A DNA stretch of 63,624 nt, counting the filler, from Octopus bimaculoides (Eukaryota), in the NCBI RefSeq assembly GCF_001194135.2. It is 7 parts of 7 records of this genome, joined end to end, with 100 filler letters (N's around TTAATTAATTAA, not from the genome) between each part and the next. Parts side by side here need not be neighbours in the genome. Positions count along the whole stretch, not along the records: positions 28,981 to 51,020 come from NC_068984.1; 6 more parts are not named here. One strand, written 5' to 3'. Both the position numbers and the translations under genes were made by a program. Below are positions 35,851 through 49,849 of this stretch, one piece after another; within the stretch, counting starts at the first letter, position 1, and each line of letters starts with the position of its first letter. Under the pieces are notes generated by a model. The model saw only the letters and a list, made by a program, of their open reading frames with translations, made no database searches and had not been told where the DNA came from.

Positions 35851-38800
35851 GAAAGTACGTGTGTTGACAAAAATATTATACGCGATACGACGTGCGTCGA
35901 CGCTGTTTTCTGTTGCTTGTGCCCATCTGTTGCTTGTACCCTCGTCGTGAGATGTGATAAAAATAACAGCTGAATAAGCCTTAGATCACGCTCTCACCCC
36001 ATTAAACATTTGGATATTTCTGAATTGACGGGCATCACTCTGTAAGGAGCGAACTCAAAAAGGAGAAATGGTGACGAATGGTAAAACAGAGGACTCCTTT
36101 TATTTAAACGTGTCACACGGTCGAACACACAATATTATATATCAATGATGATATGCTTAATATGTTATGCGACGATAACATAGATGACCAGTAATGAAAG
36201 ACCACAACCGTATTAGATGAATAACAGAGATATTTATTGTAGCGTTAAAGATGTATGTCTGTGTGTGAGTGTGAATGCGACATATAATAACATAATCAAA
36301 GACAGGCCGTCGTACAAAGAAAAGTGTGTATGTGAGTGATACATGTATGTGTATGTGAAATATTACAGCAGAGAAAGAGTCAATAACACGTGAGCAATTA
36401 TACCAGNNNNNNNNNNNNNNNNNNNNNNNNNNNNNNNNNNNNNNNNNNNNNNNNNNNNNNNNNNNNNNNNNNNNNNNNNNNNNNNNNNNNNNNNNNNNNN
36501 NNNNNNNNNNNNNNNNNNNNNNNNNNNNNNNNNNNNNNNNNNNNNNNNNNNNNNNNNNNNNNNNNNNNNNNNNNNNNNNNNNNNNNNNNNNNNNNNNNNN
36601 NNNNNNNNNNNNNNNNNNNNNNNNNNNNNNNNNNNNNNNNNNNNNNNNNNNNNNNNNNNNNNNNNNNNNNNNNNNNNNNNNNNNNNNNNNNNNNNNNNNN
36701 NNNNNNNNNNNNNNNNNNNNNNNNNNNNNNNNNNNNNNNNNNNNNNNNNNNNNNNNNNNNNNNNNNNNNNNNNNNNNNNNNNNNNNNNNNNNNNNNNNNN
36801 NNNNNNNNNNNNNNNNNNNNNNNNNNNNNNNNNNNNNNNNNNNGCTTCGCCGTAGTAGACAGGACATATCTACCAGAATGAGGGTTCATTACACTACTGT
36901 ATATACTCGTCGCGAATTTCTTTAACAGCTTTTAATACCGTATCTGGTGGTGTTTTACTTACTTTGTCAGAGAATATACTCTCCTTACGAGAGTGCTTCA
37001 AAGGTGAAGTTAGTTTTTCTCGAAAAATTTCAGTGACGGTATATTTCACCGATATATAATCCTGACTACTACTACTACTACAATAATCGTTGCGGTTGTA
37101 CCTGCAATTTATCCTAGTCGTAGTAAGGGGACCAGTTGTCAGTTACTTTAACCAGTAATGCAGTTTGGCTGGCCAGTAGTATAGGAATCTGCTGTAATGT
37201 CGTTAACTGCGAAACCACGTGATGTTCTCACATCGTGTACGCTTTTGTTTTCGTTTATAGTGTTAAGCAGAAGGTTAATTTACTAACTTTCTTCCTATCT
37301 GTCACAAATGTTGCTTGTTGGCATAATTATTTCGTAGAAAAATTATCTAATTCTGGATGCAGATCGTTCCAATATGATTTCAATCGATTCACACAGCCAA
37401 CAGCGGAGTTTTGTTTCGCTCTTTCATAACAGTTGAATAAATCAGTATTCAATTCATAGCACCAAGAAAAATGAGCTAAGTAGTTACGGTTTCTGCTTTA
37501 ACTGAAGCAAGACAGCTAGAAAGAATATGTTTACCAGTTGAGCTGTTGTTTTCATTCTGTGTTGCTGGTGTTGTGTTTAGCCATATTGATTGTAGTAACT
37601 CTCTTCAAGTTTCAGTTAAAAATCACTACGACCTTGTAGAAGAGGCTCCTTCAGTTAATTCATCTGAAGATTAACTAGTTATTTAACAAGGCTGATAGTT
37701 ATGGCATCAAAGTTGGAGATAGTATTCATCATATTTTCGATAAATAGATTCCCACACCAAATACNNNNNNNNNNNNNNNNNNNNNNNNNNNNNNNNNNNN
37801 NNNNNNNNNNNNNNNNNNNNNNNNNNNNNNNNNNNNNNNNNNNNNNNNNNNNNNNNNNNNNNNNGGTGGCAGTGGTGGTGGTAGTGGTGGTGTGTGTGTT
37901 GATAGTGAAAAGTACATTTTTTTTATTAGATCAAATCTCTAAGAATATTCTTGTATCTGGTCACGTACACTTCGCGCTTTAGCTTGTCAAAAAGGACGAG
38001 GAGAGAGTGAGAGAAAGAAAGATGGAATGTGAGAGTGAGTGAGAGAACAGACTGACAGCCGACATCCCAGACTGTCACCCATGTGACTAGTGGAAGTGAG
38101 AAACAGATGTTAGGGAGATGAAGAGAGGAATAACACGGTTGAAAAGATTGTTGAAATAGGAAGTGACAAAGAGAGAAATATGAAGTGATTAGCAGAGAGA
38201 AATTTTTAAATCATTTAATATTTTATTATTGTGACTGGAAGTAAAATAACTTAGCAAAATAAAAATTCTATGGAATTTCCACGGGTCCCACTATTATACA
38301 TAACAAATATAATATACATAATACTCATATAATATATATATATTACAGTTCTATATTTAAGAGATNNNNNNNNNNNNNNNNNNNNNNNNNNNNNNNNNNN
38401 NNNNNNNNNNNNNNNNNNNNNNNNNNNNNNNNNNNNNNNNNNNNNNNNNNNNNNNNNNNNNNNNNNNNNNNNNNNNNNNNNNNNNNNNNNNNNNNNNNNN
38501 NNNNNNNNNNNNNNNNNNNNNNNNNNNNNNNNNNNNNNNNNNNNNNNNNNNNNNNNNNNNNNNNNNNNNNNNNNNNNNNNNNNNNNNNNNNNNNNNNNNN
38601 NNNNNNNNNNNNNNNNNNNNNNNNNNNNNNNNNNNNNNNNNNNNNNNNNNNNNNNNNNNNNNNNNNNNNNNNNNNNNNNNNNNNNNNNNNNNNNNNNNNN
38701 NNNNNNNNNNNNNNNNNNNNNNNNNNNNNNNNNNNNNNNNNNNNNNNNNNNNNNNNNNNNNNNNNNNNNNNNNNNNNNNNNNNNNNNNNNNNNNNNNNNN

Positions 38801-39338
38801 NNNNNNNNNNNNNNNNNNNNNNNNNNNNNNNNNNNNNNNNNNNNNNNNNNNNNNNNNNNNNNNNNNNNNNNNNNNNNNNNNNNNNNNNNNNNNNNNNNNN
38901 NNNNNNNNNNNNNNNNNNNNNNNNNNNNNNNNNNNNNNNNNNNNNNNNNNNNNNNNNNNNNNNNNNNNNNNNNNNNNNNNNNNNNNNNNNNNNNNNNNNN
39001 NNNNNNNNNNNNNNNNNNNNNNNNNNNNNNNNNNNNNNNNNNNNNNNNNNNNNNNNNNNNNNNNNNNNNNNNNNNNNNNNNNNNNNNNNNNNNNNNNNNN
39101 NNNNNNNNNNNNNNNNNNNNNNNNNNNNNNNNNNNNNNNNNNNNNNNNNNNNNNNNNNNNNNNNNNNNNNNNNNNNNNNNNNNNNNNNNNNNNNNNNNNN
39201 NNNNNNNNNNNNNNNNNNNNNNNNNNNNNNNNNNNNNNNNNNNNNNNNNNNNNNNNNNNNNNNNNNNNNNNNNNNNNNNNNNNNNNNNNNNNNNNNNNNA
39301 TATATATATATATATCCATCCATCTATCTATCTATCTG

Positions 39339-39407
<69 letters not shown>

Positions 39408-40849
39408 ATTTCTAAGACTGTAACCACTCGAAAGTTATAGAGCAGAGATTACAGCAGTCGGTTGAATCTTGTACATTTTAAATCATTTATCTTTCTCTGT
39501 GAAACGTTAGACTCCGTGTGAAAGAGAGAGGCTAAGTCTAATACTCTTCATAAATACTTCTCAAGACACGGATAAATATATTTACGGTAAGTCTGTCAGA
39601 GTGGTCAATAAAATTGTTATAATCTCGAATTACACTAGAGTTAGATCTATTAAGATGGTGATACATGATGATGATGCTGATACAAGATGATGATGATGAT
39701 GATGATGTTGATTACCATAAAACAAACACTTTTGAAGAATTTTTAAAGGTCTTTACTCGTAGGTAAAAAAAACTTTTACTTTTTATAATTGAATCAGGGC
39801 AAAATGAAGACAGACCAGGTTGAGATGACAATCATGTTAACTGACAGATCTTGCAGATCTAAACAGGATTATTAGATAAAAACTGAGATATGTTTCGACC
39901 AAATATTGGTCCAGGCCATGTCTAACTTAATAGCACCACCTGATAGGATTATCTAAATCCTTTTTACAGTCAAGTTTTGTCTATGGTTCATTCAAGTAGT
40001 GAGTTCTTATTGAGCGGGTTGTTTTCATTGCCTAAACTGCTGAGTGAACCATTCGGGAGATTTGGAGATTATAAATTTTGGTTGTGTGCAGGAAATGAAA
40101 GAACATTTCTGTCACCTTAGTTGCTTCAGATTGGTCAGAGATGAGACACGTGCTGCTAAGGATAGGTGGCATGAAACTGGTAGAACTGACCAGTGAGCTG
40201 ACTTGAAGTTCCATCTGTCACACGTACACACATTCACATACGTATAAACACATGCATATATATATACAAATNNNNNNNNNNATACACACATTATTGTACG
40301 TATGACTATCTATACACACATACAAAAATACAAAAACATACACTCATACAAGATAAAACAATCGAAGGAGACTGGTGGTTGCCGACTTCGACAGGACTTG
40401 TATTACTTGGAAAAAAGTGACAGAAAGAGTAAAGTGAAAATGATGTGCAGAGTAGAGCGTCTGATGTTTCTTTAGGGTTAAGATGAGATGGAGAGGAGGT
40501 AAAACAGTTTTATATCCTCTATGATTGAGCTGCTAGCTACATTAAACGGAATAGGAGATAAAAACTGGATGAGGAGAAGGAAAGAAATGAAGAGGTGGTG
40601 ATGATAAGAAATGAAGGAGTAAAAGGGAAAAAGTAAGTTTAAACCAGTCAGTGCGATGGTCTTCCATTTCCTCGAGTGTGTGGGATTTCACATATATAAA
40701 TGGGTGATAAAATGGTCTGTTGTGTTGAAGCAGGTGGCAACGAGTTGGTTGGAATACGTAATAGTATACTTCGAATTGCAAAAGCCTAACAAGGAAACTT
40801 TATAACCATAAAAACTCTAACTCTTATCCTCACTGTAATTACAAAGCTA

Positions 40850-41560
40850 GTTTCTGGCATTAGCAGAAGAATCTCAGCTTTCGACCGATAGAGCGATTTT
40901 CTATAGGACTGCCTCATTACAACGAGGCATTAGCGAGAAGATTCATCGAAAAGCTAACGTATGTGGACAACCCTGCACCCGGAGAGAACCAAAAAAATAC
41001 TCTATTTAACCTAGAAGTTTCAATCAACGTAGCTAGGAGCTCCCTGTCATTGATCAAGAAGCATTTTCTTGGAGGTCATAAGTACTACAAGCTTTTCAGT
41101 CTACGCAACGCCAAGGTTAGCTTCTCATTAGATAACAGTTTCTAACATTGCACACTATAACACGCAAACACAACCTCCAATCTCCACCCTGTAACTTCCG
41201 AAACTTTATCAACTGCCCCCTGGGAGGATTCTACCTAAAGGGCTGTGATTTACAGAGCCATCATCACACCGTCTGCGTATGACTCACACTATATGGGCAT
41301 GACGGCCATTAACTCCAAGGGAAGGTATGCACAGCATATGCATTCCTCCAGATGTAGGGATAGGGAAAACTCCACCTTGTTCCACTTTATCTAGAGAGTT
41401 CACGACCGCCGGAATGACTTTCCCAAGATTGACCAGACTTGTTACTGCCTCTGCAAAAGATAGCATATTCTCCAGCAACCTGCAGTAGTCATAAACAAGA
41501 AAAAGAACTGTCTTATTACCACCAGATATACGTCCTCCCAATTATCTTTAAACCACTGGC
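40850..41560 (+). mobile_element. Penelope-like element: RT thumb to GIY-YIG fragment
   Basis: FNLEVSINVARSSLSLIKKHF...HKYYKLFSLRNAKVSFS (compare WFNP.YS.NV...FL.LI.KHF) and AVIYRAIIT...HYMGMT...KGRYAQH (GIY-YIG-like). Confidence 0.65.
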
Positions 41561-42399
41561 CGCCTACAACCCATATATACCACCTTAGGTCTGGCTGCCC
41601 CACAAGCAAGGGAGGGTATTTAACCTCTACTGCCTACACAGACTTCTCATGATTGACTTGCTATATGTGTGTGTGCACACACACATGTATATATACTTAC
41701 CTTTCTTCACCTAACACCGTCAAATTTTAATCCAGCATCAAATCTATTTACTCCCTTAATGACGCTGTTGCCACCGCGTGGTACCCAATACATACCAGTC
41801 CTATATGTGCATACAGCAGACGTGCTCACATACACAAATACCAGAAGCATTCTTATGCATACACCCCTTCCTGCAGATACGTACGCACACATACGTAGAC
41901 ATACAAATACAGAGACACATTCATGCATACCATACATACGCATACTCATACATGCATTCCAGACACGTAAGCACACATACATGCAGCGTATTCTAATGCA
42001 CACGTATACGTGCACAGACGCATACATAAACCAGCACGTTCGGATACGGAAACGCCCATGTATCCGTGCACAGATGATGCGCATACAAACATACACATCT
42101 GACACACCCATGCACCAACGAGCTGTCGCCGTCATCTCACATACACACGCACACTCAAGTACTTATGCCTTAGGTATCCCCCCATACCCACATCAGCAGC
42201 TGGTGTCTCTAAAGATTCTCACCCATATTACTTAGATACAACGCAGTCCAAGAAATACAAACTTCTATGTGATATTGCTGTTATTTCAAAACTAATATGA
42301 GCAACACCATGTGACCCGCCTTGACCAAAGCAGCCAAATATTCAGTAACCATCTAGAATTTCTTCTGTCACTTCATTCGATCACCTAAGCCTACTAAAC

Positions 42400-43200
42400 T
42401 TCAAGTTGTATTGAGCCGAATCAAACTGTTATTAAAAATTAATAACAAGGTAAGTCAAAAATTATACGCACTCTCGTTTCTGTAATTTATTATAACTTGC
42501 TCAGGTTGTGGACGTAACTATATAGGACAAACAAGTATGACATTACATAAGGAACAGATCCGGTTCCCGCAATACAGACAGATTCCTTTGAGGTGGGGTT
42601 TATCGCTGTCATTAAATTGTTTATCGCTGTCATTAAATTGCTTATTTAAGCGATTGATCTTTATTCTGTTTTATTAGGATTCTCCAGTCTCCGGGAATAA
42701 TGTTTCTGTATGCATTGGCTCATCTCTCCGAGATAAATTTAATGCATATATCTCGCATTTTTGAGTTTCGCATCAATTCGCTTCGGGATCTGGTTTTCAG
42801 TTGATTTCCAGTTAGTTTTATAGAAATTCAAATTGGATAGGGTTTGGGTGCTATCTGCGTGGAATTCATCTTTAATTGGTTGTAAATTGTTATTTCTATT
42901 GTTACGGTGTGAGAAAATTGGCGGTGGTACCTACACATTGTAGATAAGTTCCACGTTACTACAGAGGTTTAAGATGTTATGGTTTCTAGTTGGGGAAATT
43001 ATAGTTTGCTCCATGAGCATCATTTTCGTGAGATCAAGCGGAGATTCTTCGCTTTGCACGTCATTCTTGTGATTATGTCACCTTCAGGCTCTCTGGTGTT
43101 AGGGAAGACGAAGTCATCTACCAGAAGTACATTACTGCTTTGATCTAGTTTTGTTAGTTCTTCTTTTATCATTGTAAGGCTTTCCTCAAATTTACCATCG
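42400..43200 (-). mobile_element. LINE AP-endonuclease/linker fragment
   Basis: NVLLVDDFVFP (GDFN.P-like) and LSNLNFYKTNWKS; related to the plus-strand fragment at 59290-59623. Confidence 0.55.
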
Positions 43201-43536
43201 TGATTTGAGGCATCAGATGTATGTATGTGTGTGTGTGTATCAGAGTGAGAAAGGAGTAAAAGGCCGAAAGGAGAGAAACAAGAGTGGGATATGCAAATGT
43301 CTGTCTATCTACAAATAAATGTATGTACACACACACACTCACTATCTATACCCTTGTAGTGGTTCTCTAAGCTTATACATTACATTTATCCCTTTGAAGT
43401 CGCCGTCGGACTTCTGCTTTTTCTTTGTCTATATGTACCACTTTATGTCTATCTCTCCCACTATCTCCCTCTCTCTGGCTGTATATATGTCTCTTTCTCT
43501 CACTACCTCTACCTCTTTTTCTCTCTGGAGAAAAAA

Positions 43537-43580
<44 letters not shown>

Positions 43581-44162
43581 CGGGTTACGGAGAAAAAAAC
43601 AAGTGAAACGCCCGACCTCTGCTTTCTCTCTGTCTATATGTCTGTAGTGGCTTCATGCAGGCATAGCGTGGATTCGATCCTCGATAGTCAAGTTTCACTT
43701 AACAGTTCAACAGCACTTTTCTCATGGTAAAACAATAGTTTTCTCTGTGAGTGACAGCAGTTACATTTGCCAGATGCCTTCGCTAAGCAGAATAATGTCT
43801 TTGCCACTTCATCCTCTAACTTCTTCTAGGTTAGCAAAAGCTAGAATAGAGAGAAAAGACCGCCAATGAAATTCTCAACAATGTGTCTCCTTCTAACTAG
43901 TTTGGATAATTATAAATACTAAAACACCGTAGGAAAAAGTGAGTTGGCAAAAAGGAGATGACGTAGAGGCGACCACAGGCAGAATCCAGTTAGCGAGATA
44001 CTTCAACTGAGAGAAGGCTTACAGTGAGAATGTCAACTATGATACAATGTCTTGTCACAACACCACAGCTGTTTAAATGTCAGGCACCACGAAGATATCA
44101 TTTTATCAACTTCCTTCACTTAACATTCACTTTATCTTTCTCTAATTCCTAGTTAGGCAACT

Positions 44163-44547
44163 TGTGGAGGCGCAATGGCCCAGCGCTTAGGGCAGCGGAC
44201 TCGCAGTCATAGGATCGCGGTTTCGATTCCCAGACCGGGCGTTGTGAGTGTTTATTGAGCGAAAACACCTAAAGCTCCACGAGGCTCCGGCAGGGGATGG
44301 TGGCGAACCCTGCTGTACTCTTTCACCTCAACTTTCTCTCACTCTTACTTCCTGTTTCTGTTGTGCCTGTAATTCAAAGAGTCAGCCTTGTCACACTTTG
44401 TCACGTTGAATATCCTCGAGAACTACGTTAAGGGTACACGTGTCTGTGGAGTGCTCAGCCACTCGCACGTTAATTTCACGAGCAGGCTGTTCCGTTGATC
44501 GGATCAACAGGAACCCTCGACGTCGTAAGCGACGGAGTGCCAACAAC
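44163..44547 (+). mobile_element. Full-length tRNA-derived SINE with target-site duplication
   Basis: tRNA-like head with A box (TGGCCCAGCGCTTAGG) and B box (GGTTTCGATTCCC); (CAA)n tail; 12-bp flanking direct repeat agttaggcaact (44151-44162) / agttaggcagct (44548-44559). Confidence 0.9.
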
Positions 44548-45369
44548 AGTTAGGCAGCTATCAGTTGACCAAACATAACCAGCAACAACATACAAAAAAA
44601 GATAACTATATTGTTTTTATATAATACATACACCTGCCCGTTGAGGCATGGCATTGTACAAAGTAACGGTAAAAAAATATTTCTTTACAACTTCGATCAC
44701 TGTTCTTCTTCCATCTTGCATACTGGCAACCAACACCTTAACAACAACCGTTACAATTGGTGACCCTCGACTGCAACGAAGAACTAACCGTTACATGTCC
44801 TTCTCTATGTCTCTCTCTCTCTCTCTCTCTCAGTATCTCCCTTTCTCTCTCTCTCTCTCTCTCTCTTTGGTTGTATATGTGTCTCTCTCTTACTACCTCT
44901 ACCTCTTTTTCTCTCTAGAGAAAATGTACGTGAGACAGATAGAAAGGGGGTTAGGGAGAAAAAAACGAAACAGAGTGGGGCAAGAGACAGAAAACACACA
45001 CACACACACGTATTCTAGCGGGCCTCCCGGCCTTTGGCCCGGTCTATATGGTGCTTAAATGTATTTATAAGGCATATATTGACATCTATCGTAATGCTAA
45101 TTTTCCTTACAATAAAAGTTGTTAAAAGGTATTTCAATATTGTGTAACATAATTTTTAATATTTATTTAGAATATCTAAATTGAGCTACCAATACTACCA
45201 TCAGAACCACTAATACCTATTCATCTATACTGCCATCACCACTACAACTCACTGCCATCACCACAACTAGCACGACAACTACTGCCAACACCAATACAAC
45301 TAATACCACAACTACAGAGACGTCTCCACTACAAATATCACGACTACCACTAACAATATTCCTTTTTCC

Positions 45370-46552
45370 AGAAAACGGGAAAGGAAGGGCCCTACTCAGT
45401 TACAGATAAGCACAAGTCAGCCAAATATTGAAAAGATGTGGTAATTTGGGGAGATGAATGCACAATGGCACACAGATACGCATTAGAAGCCTTCGACAGA
45501 ACACAAGAAGATATACGGAACAGCATAACGATCATGGGAGGATTTATTGTTGTTTTATCAGGGGGCTTCCGACAAACTTTACTTGTAATATCAAAGGGAA
45601 CTCGCGCAGATCAAGTAAAATGTTGCCTAAAATCGTGAACTTTATGGCCATGTATCACCAAACTCAAGCGGGCACAAATTTAAGGTGGCGACGTTTCTGC
45701 TGAGTTTGCTCGAAATCTAAAACTTGGTGAAGGCAAAATGTGCCTTGATACTGAAAGGCGTTTTGATCCCTAATCATTTTGTACTATTGCGGAAAGCATT
45801 GATAGCTTCATTCATCAAGTGTTCCCAAATTTCGAATTCACCATCTTAACGAGGAGTGGCTCTGTGAACGAGAAATCCTAGCCCCCCCCCCCGCCAAAAA
45901 AAAAACATTATAGTAAATGCTATCAACAAAAATCTCATACAAATGATCCCTGGAGATAGCCACATCTACAAAATCTATCGACAAAGTTGTCGACGAAGAA
46001 GATGATGCTGCTCATTATCCTGTTGAATTCTTCAACAGTCTCGAACCGTCCGGTATGCCGCCACACAACCATGAATTGAAGAAGGGCAGAGTCATCATGC
46101 TTCTCAGAAACCTGGATCAACCAAGATTGTGCAATGGTACACGGACTGTGTTGTGACTGAAGTACAGCCTTACCTTATCGAAACAAAAATCCTCACTAGT
46201 GTGGTAAAGGAGAAATCGTATTTATACCTAGAATACCGCTAATACCAATAGATGTCCCTTTTCGTTTCAAACGATTGCAATTCCCAGTGAGTCAGTTACG
46301 CAATGACCATTAACTAGTCTCAAGGTCAATCACTGCAGGTTGTTGGTCTACATCTAGAAGAGGGCTGTTCCTCATATGGTCATCAAGTAGCTAGCGTGAA
46401 AAAAACCTCATAAGGGAAAAAAATCCATCATTTATTCCCCAAAATATATTCATTTATATAAGCTTTGAGAGTTGCATTTCCTCGCGTTCGGTAATAATGT
46501 GTTTATTATGGTAGTCTGACCTTAGAGTCCCTCATAGCGTGAGGCATTCTTG
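45370..46552 (+). mobile_element. Helitron PIF1-like helicase C-terminal fragment, pseudogenised
   Basis: DECTMAH..LEAFDRT...[60 protein letters not shown] and IPRIPLIP..PFRFKRLQFPV; hairpin cctca/tgagg at 46530-46544 near the end. Confidence 0.9.
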
Positions 46553-46599
46553 TATAGTAATGCCCTTATATATATATATATATATATATNNNNNNNNNN

Positions 46600-47360
46600 G
46601 CAATATAACCCGACGTTGTCCGGGTGTGACTTATTACGCCATCTACGATAAGTCTTGCTAGGTGAAAATCAACTAAAAAAGAAAGCCTTACAACGAAAAA
46701 ACCCTTATGATGTAAATGTGTTCATAATTCAAAAGACGATGAAATTAAAAGGGAAAGTCTGAAGGCTGTTTTGTGTAACATTATTAAGTGTACGTAAATT
46801 TCACTCGTCTAATTGGCTATACAAATGCTTGTGCAAAACAACTTTTTGCGCTGCCTTGATTATACATAGCGGGGTAACCCCTTTTCGCAAGAGGTAGGAC
46901 GGCAATTTTTGATGAAGCAATTGCTGGCAATCTGTTGCTACACAGTTCTGCCAGAATTCTATCAGATAGGGCATAAGATGTTGATGCACCATTTTGCATT
47001 ATGTTCAAAGTAGCTTCTGGAATGTGGTGAATTGCTGCAGTCTGTTGCTGTCTTTTTAAACTGGTTGCTTTCTTTCCCCAGCAAGCTCTCTTCTTTGTAA
47101 TGAAGTTCACTGATTTTCAATGTGTTGTCCATAAGCTCCGTAGTTTGTAAATTTACAAAACATTGACGAACATGAGTTATATTGTAGTGAATGCTTGTGT
47201 GTACGTGGGCGTGTATGCGTTTGAGAGAGCGAGAGAAAATATGGAGAGAGGAAAAGAGAGAGAGGGAGAGAAAGGAATAGAGAACGGAAGCAATGAAAAG
47301 AGAGAAAGGGAGAACGGAAGACAGTTATAAAATAGCAATGCGTGCGCTTGTTTTTATAAG
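46600..47360 (-). mobile_element. Non-autonomous Helitron (same family as 63291-63624 and 57937-58098)
   Basis: 3' hairpin acccgac..gt.cgggt next to a 10-N gap. Internal minus-strand remnant DRILAELCSNRLPAIASSKIAVLPL resembles helicase motif Ia (AVASSGIAA.LL). Confidence 0.7.
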
Positions 47361-48377
47361 AAACACACAGAAACTAAATCTTATATCAAGAAGAACGAAG
47401 TAAGAGTGAAAAGGTAAAAGGAAAGAATAGTCTTAAAGCAAGTTAATTTATGACTTTGTATGTATCACTTTCTCTCACTCTCTCTTCCTCTTTTACTGTT
47501 ACCCTCTATATTATATGTTGAGCGCGTGATCGATGTGTAAGAAGGGTAGAAGGGAAGAAATATAAAAGTTGCTAGAAACAACAGCCAAATCTCCCTTAAA
47601 TCACACAAAGTAAACGGAATTTTAAAAATCTAATTACTGCACTGGAAAGTTCACATCGAGAAAATTCCATTGATGTAAAAATGTTTACGATAAAGTGGAA
47701 AATGTTGATTTCTATAAACTTTTAAAAAGGCTTCACACAGATATACAACTTCAGCATTATATATTAAGATGGGCAACACGCACGCACACACACACACACA
47801 CACACACNNNNNNNNNNNNNNNNNNNNNNNNNNNNNNNNNNNNNNNNNNNNNNNNNNNNNNNNNNNNNNNNNNNNNNNNNNNNNNNNNNNNNNNNNNNNN
47901 NNNNNNNNNNNNNNNNNNNNNNNNNNNNNNNNNNNNNNNNNNNNNNNNNNNNNNNNNNNNNNNNNNNNNNNNNNNNNNNNNNNNNNNNNNNNNNNNNNNN
48001 NNNNNNNNNNNNNNNNNNNNNNNNNNNNNNNNNNNNNNNNNNNNNNNNNNNNNNNNNNNNNNNNNNNNNNNNNNNNNNNNNNNNNNNNNNNNNNNNNNNN
48101 NNNNNNNNNNNNNNNNNNNNNNNNNNNNNNNNNNNNNNNNNNNNNNNNNNNNNNNNNNNNNNNNNNNNNNNNNNNNNNNNNNNNNNNNNNNNNNNNNNNN
48201 NNNNNNNNNNNNNNNNNNNNNNNNNNNNNNNNNNNNNNNNNNNNNNNNNNNNNNNNNNNNNNNNNNNNNNNNNNNNNNNNNNNNNNNNNNNNNNNNNNNN
48301 TCCTCTTTTACTGTTACCCTCTATATTATATGTTGAGCGCGTGATCGATGTGTAAGAACGCCGGTACAAGACACCTT

Positions 48378-48820
48378 ATTAGAATGAAGGATAACAGGAT
48401 TCCTAAGCAGATGCTTTATGGAGAACTTGTGAATGGAAGGAGACTCCGGCAGAAACCAAGGCTGCGCTTTAAGGACTTATCAAGTCCTCATTAAAGGCCT
48501 GTGATATGCAGGACACTGACTGGGATAACAACGCCTGTCATCGCCACGGATGGAGGAAACAGGTTAAGGAGGGGATCGACATTTTGAGAGAGGACGTATC
48601 CAGCATAAAGAACTTAAGCGAGCTGCGCGAAAGCGCACGGCTCGTGTAGTGAATGGGGAAAGCTTGGTCTGCAATGTTTGCAGTCGTGTATGCTTGTCAA
48701 GAGCAGGGCTCATTAGCCACCAACGGAGCCGCAAATGCAATATATAAGTTAGTCCTAGAGCGCACAATGTTCCTGAAGGTCGGTAATGATCTTCCTCGCT
48801 CACGAGTGGACAACCATCAT

Positions 48821-48822
<2 letters not shown>
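48378..48822 (+). mobile_element. RTE-clade LINE 3' end (copy of 10658-11105), (CA)n tail
   Basis: IRMKDNRIPKQMLYGELVNG..QKPRLRFKD...CNVCSRVCLSRAGLISHQRS. Confidence 0.85.
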
Positions 48823-48853
<31 letters not shown>

Positions 48854-49849
48854 NNNNNNNNNNNNNNNNNNNNNNNNNNNNNNNNNNNNNNNNNNNNNNN
48901 NNNNNNNNNNNNNNNNNNNNNNNNNNNNNNNNNNNNNNNNNNNNNNNNNNNNNNNNNNNNNNNNNNNNNNNNNNNNNNNNNNNNNNNNNNNNNNNNNNNN
49001 NNNNNNNNNNNNNNNNNNNNNNNNNNNNNNNNNNNNNNNNNNNNNNNNNNNNNNNNNNNNNNNNNNNNNNNNNNNNNNNNNNNNNNNNNNNNNNNNNNNN
49101 NNNNNNNNNNNNNNNNNNNNNNNNNNNNNNNNNNNNNNNNNNNNNNNNNNNNNNNNNNNNNNNNNNNNNNNNNNNNNNNNNNNNNNNNNNNNNNNNNNNN
49201 NNNNNNNNNNNNNNNNNNNNNNNNNNNNNNNNNNNNNNNNNNNNNNNNNNNNNNNNNNNNNNNNNNNNNNNNNNNNNNNNNNNNNNNNNNNNNNNNNNNN
49301 NNNNNNNNNNNNNNNNNNNNNNATATATATACCCCACACACAACACACACATACATACACACACGCACACATATACCTCTTCACTACAACACCCACATAC
49401 ATACACACACTTACATACACGCGCGCACACATGCGGTACAGTCGCGGGTGGAGTGAAACACAACACAACATGTGGTTGTCATGGTAACAAGCTATTAATG
49501 CCACGCTATCTGTTGATTAGCTAAAATTATCCAAATTTCCGAACTTTAATTCCAAATAACATTAGATTCTTTAATTTACGAGATAAAGTAATTGGTTGAT
49601 CGTAATCAAAATTCAGAGTTGCATTGATACATCAAAATTGATAGCAATCTGAGCAAAATTAAGAGGGACTGATTTTGTGTATCAATTTAACTAGATCCTC
49701 TGTTACTACCCTAGAGAAGAAACTCTCCTCGCTGCTGTTAAGCCATAAACCTTTTCGACGCTCCTTTATAAGTGCAAAGAAGTCACAATTCCTGTGTCAA
49801 CATTTCTACTGAATGATCAAGGCAAAACGATGGAAAAATTAAATTTATT

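Noticed and set aside
41669-42235. 188-aa ORF and overlapping antisense ORF
   Set aside because: Degenerate CA/TA-rich simple sequence giving His/Thr/Tyr-rich or Cys/Val/Met-rich pseudo-proteins.
44166-44240. tRNA-like sequence as a tRNA gene
   Set aside because: It continues into a SINE body with tail and TSD; the cloverleaf is imperfect.
47487-48357. Roughly 56-bp sequence repeated at 47487-47542 and 48301-48357
   Set aside because: The second copy starts exactly at a gap edge; cannot tell a real duplication from an assembly artefact.
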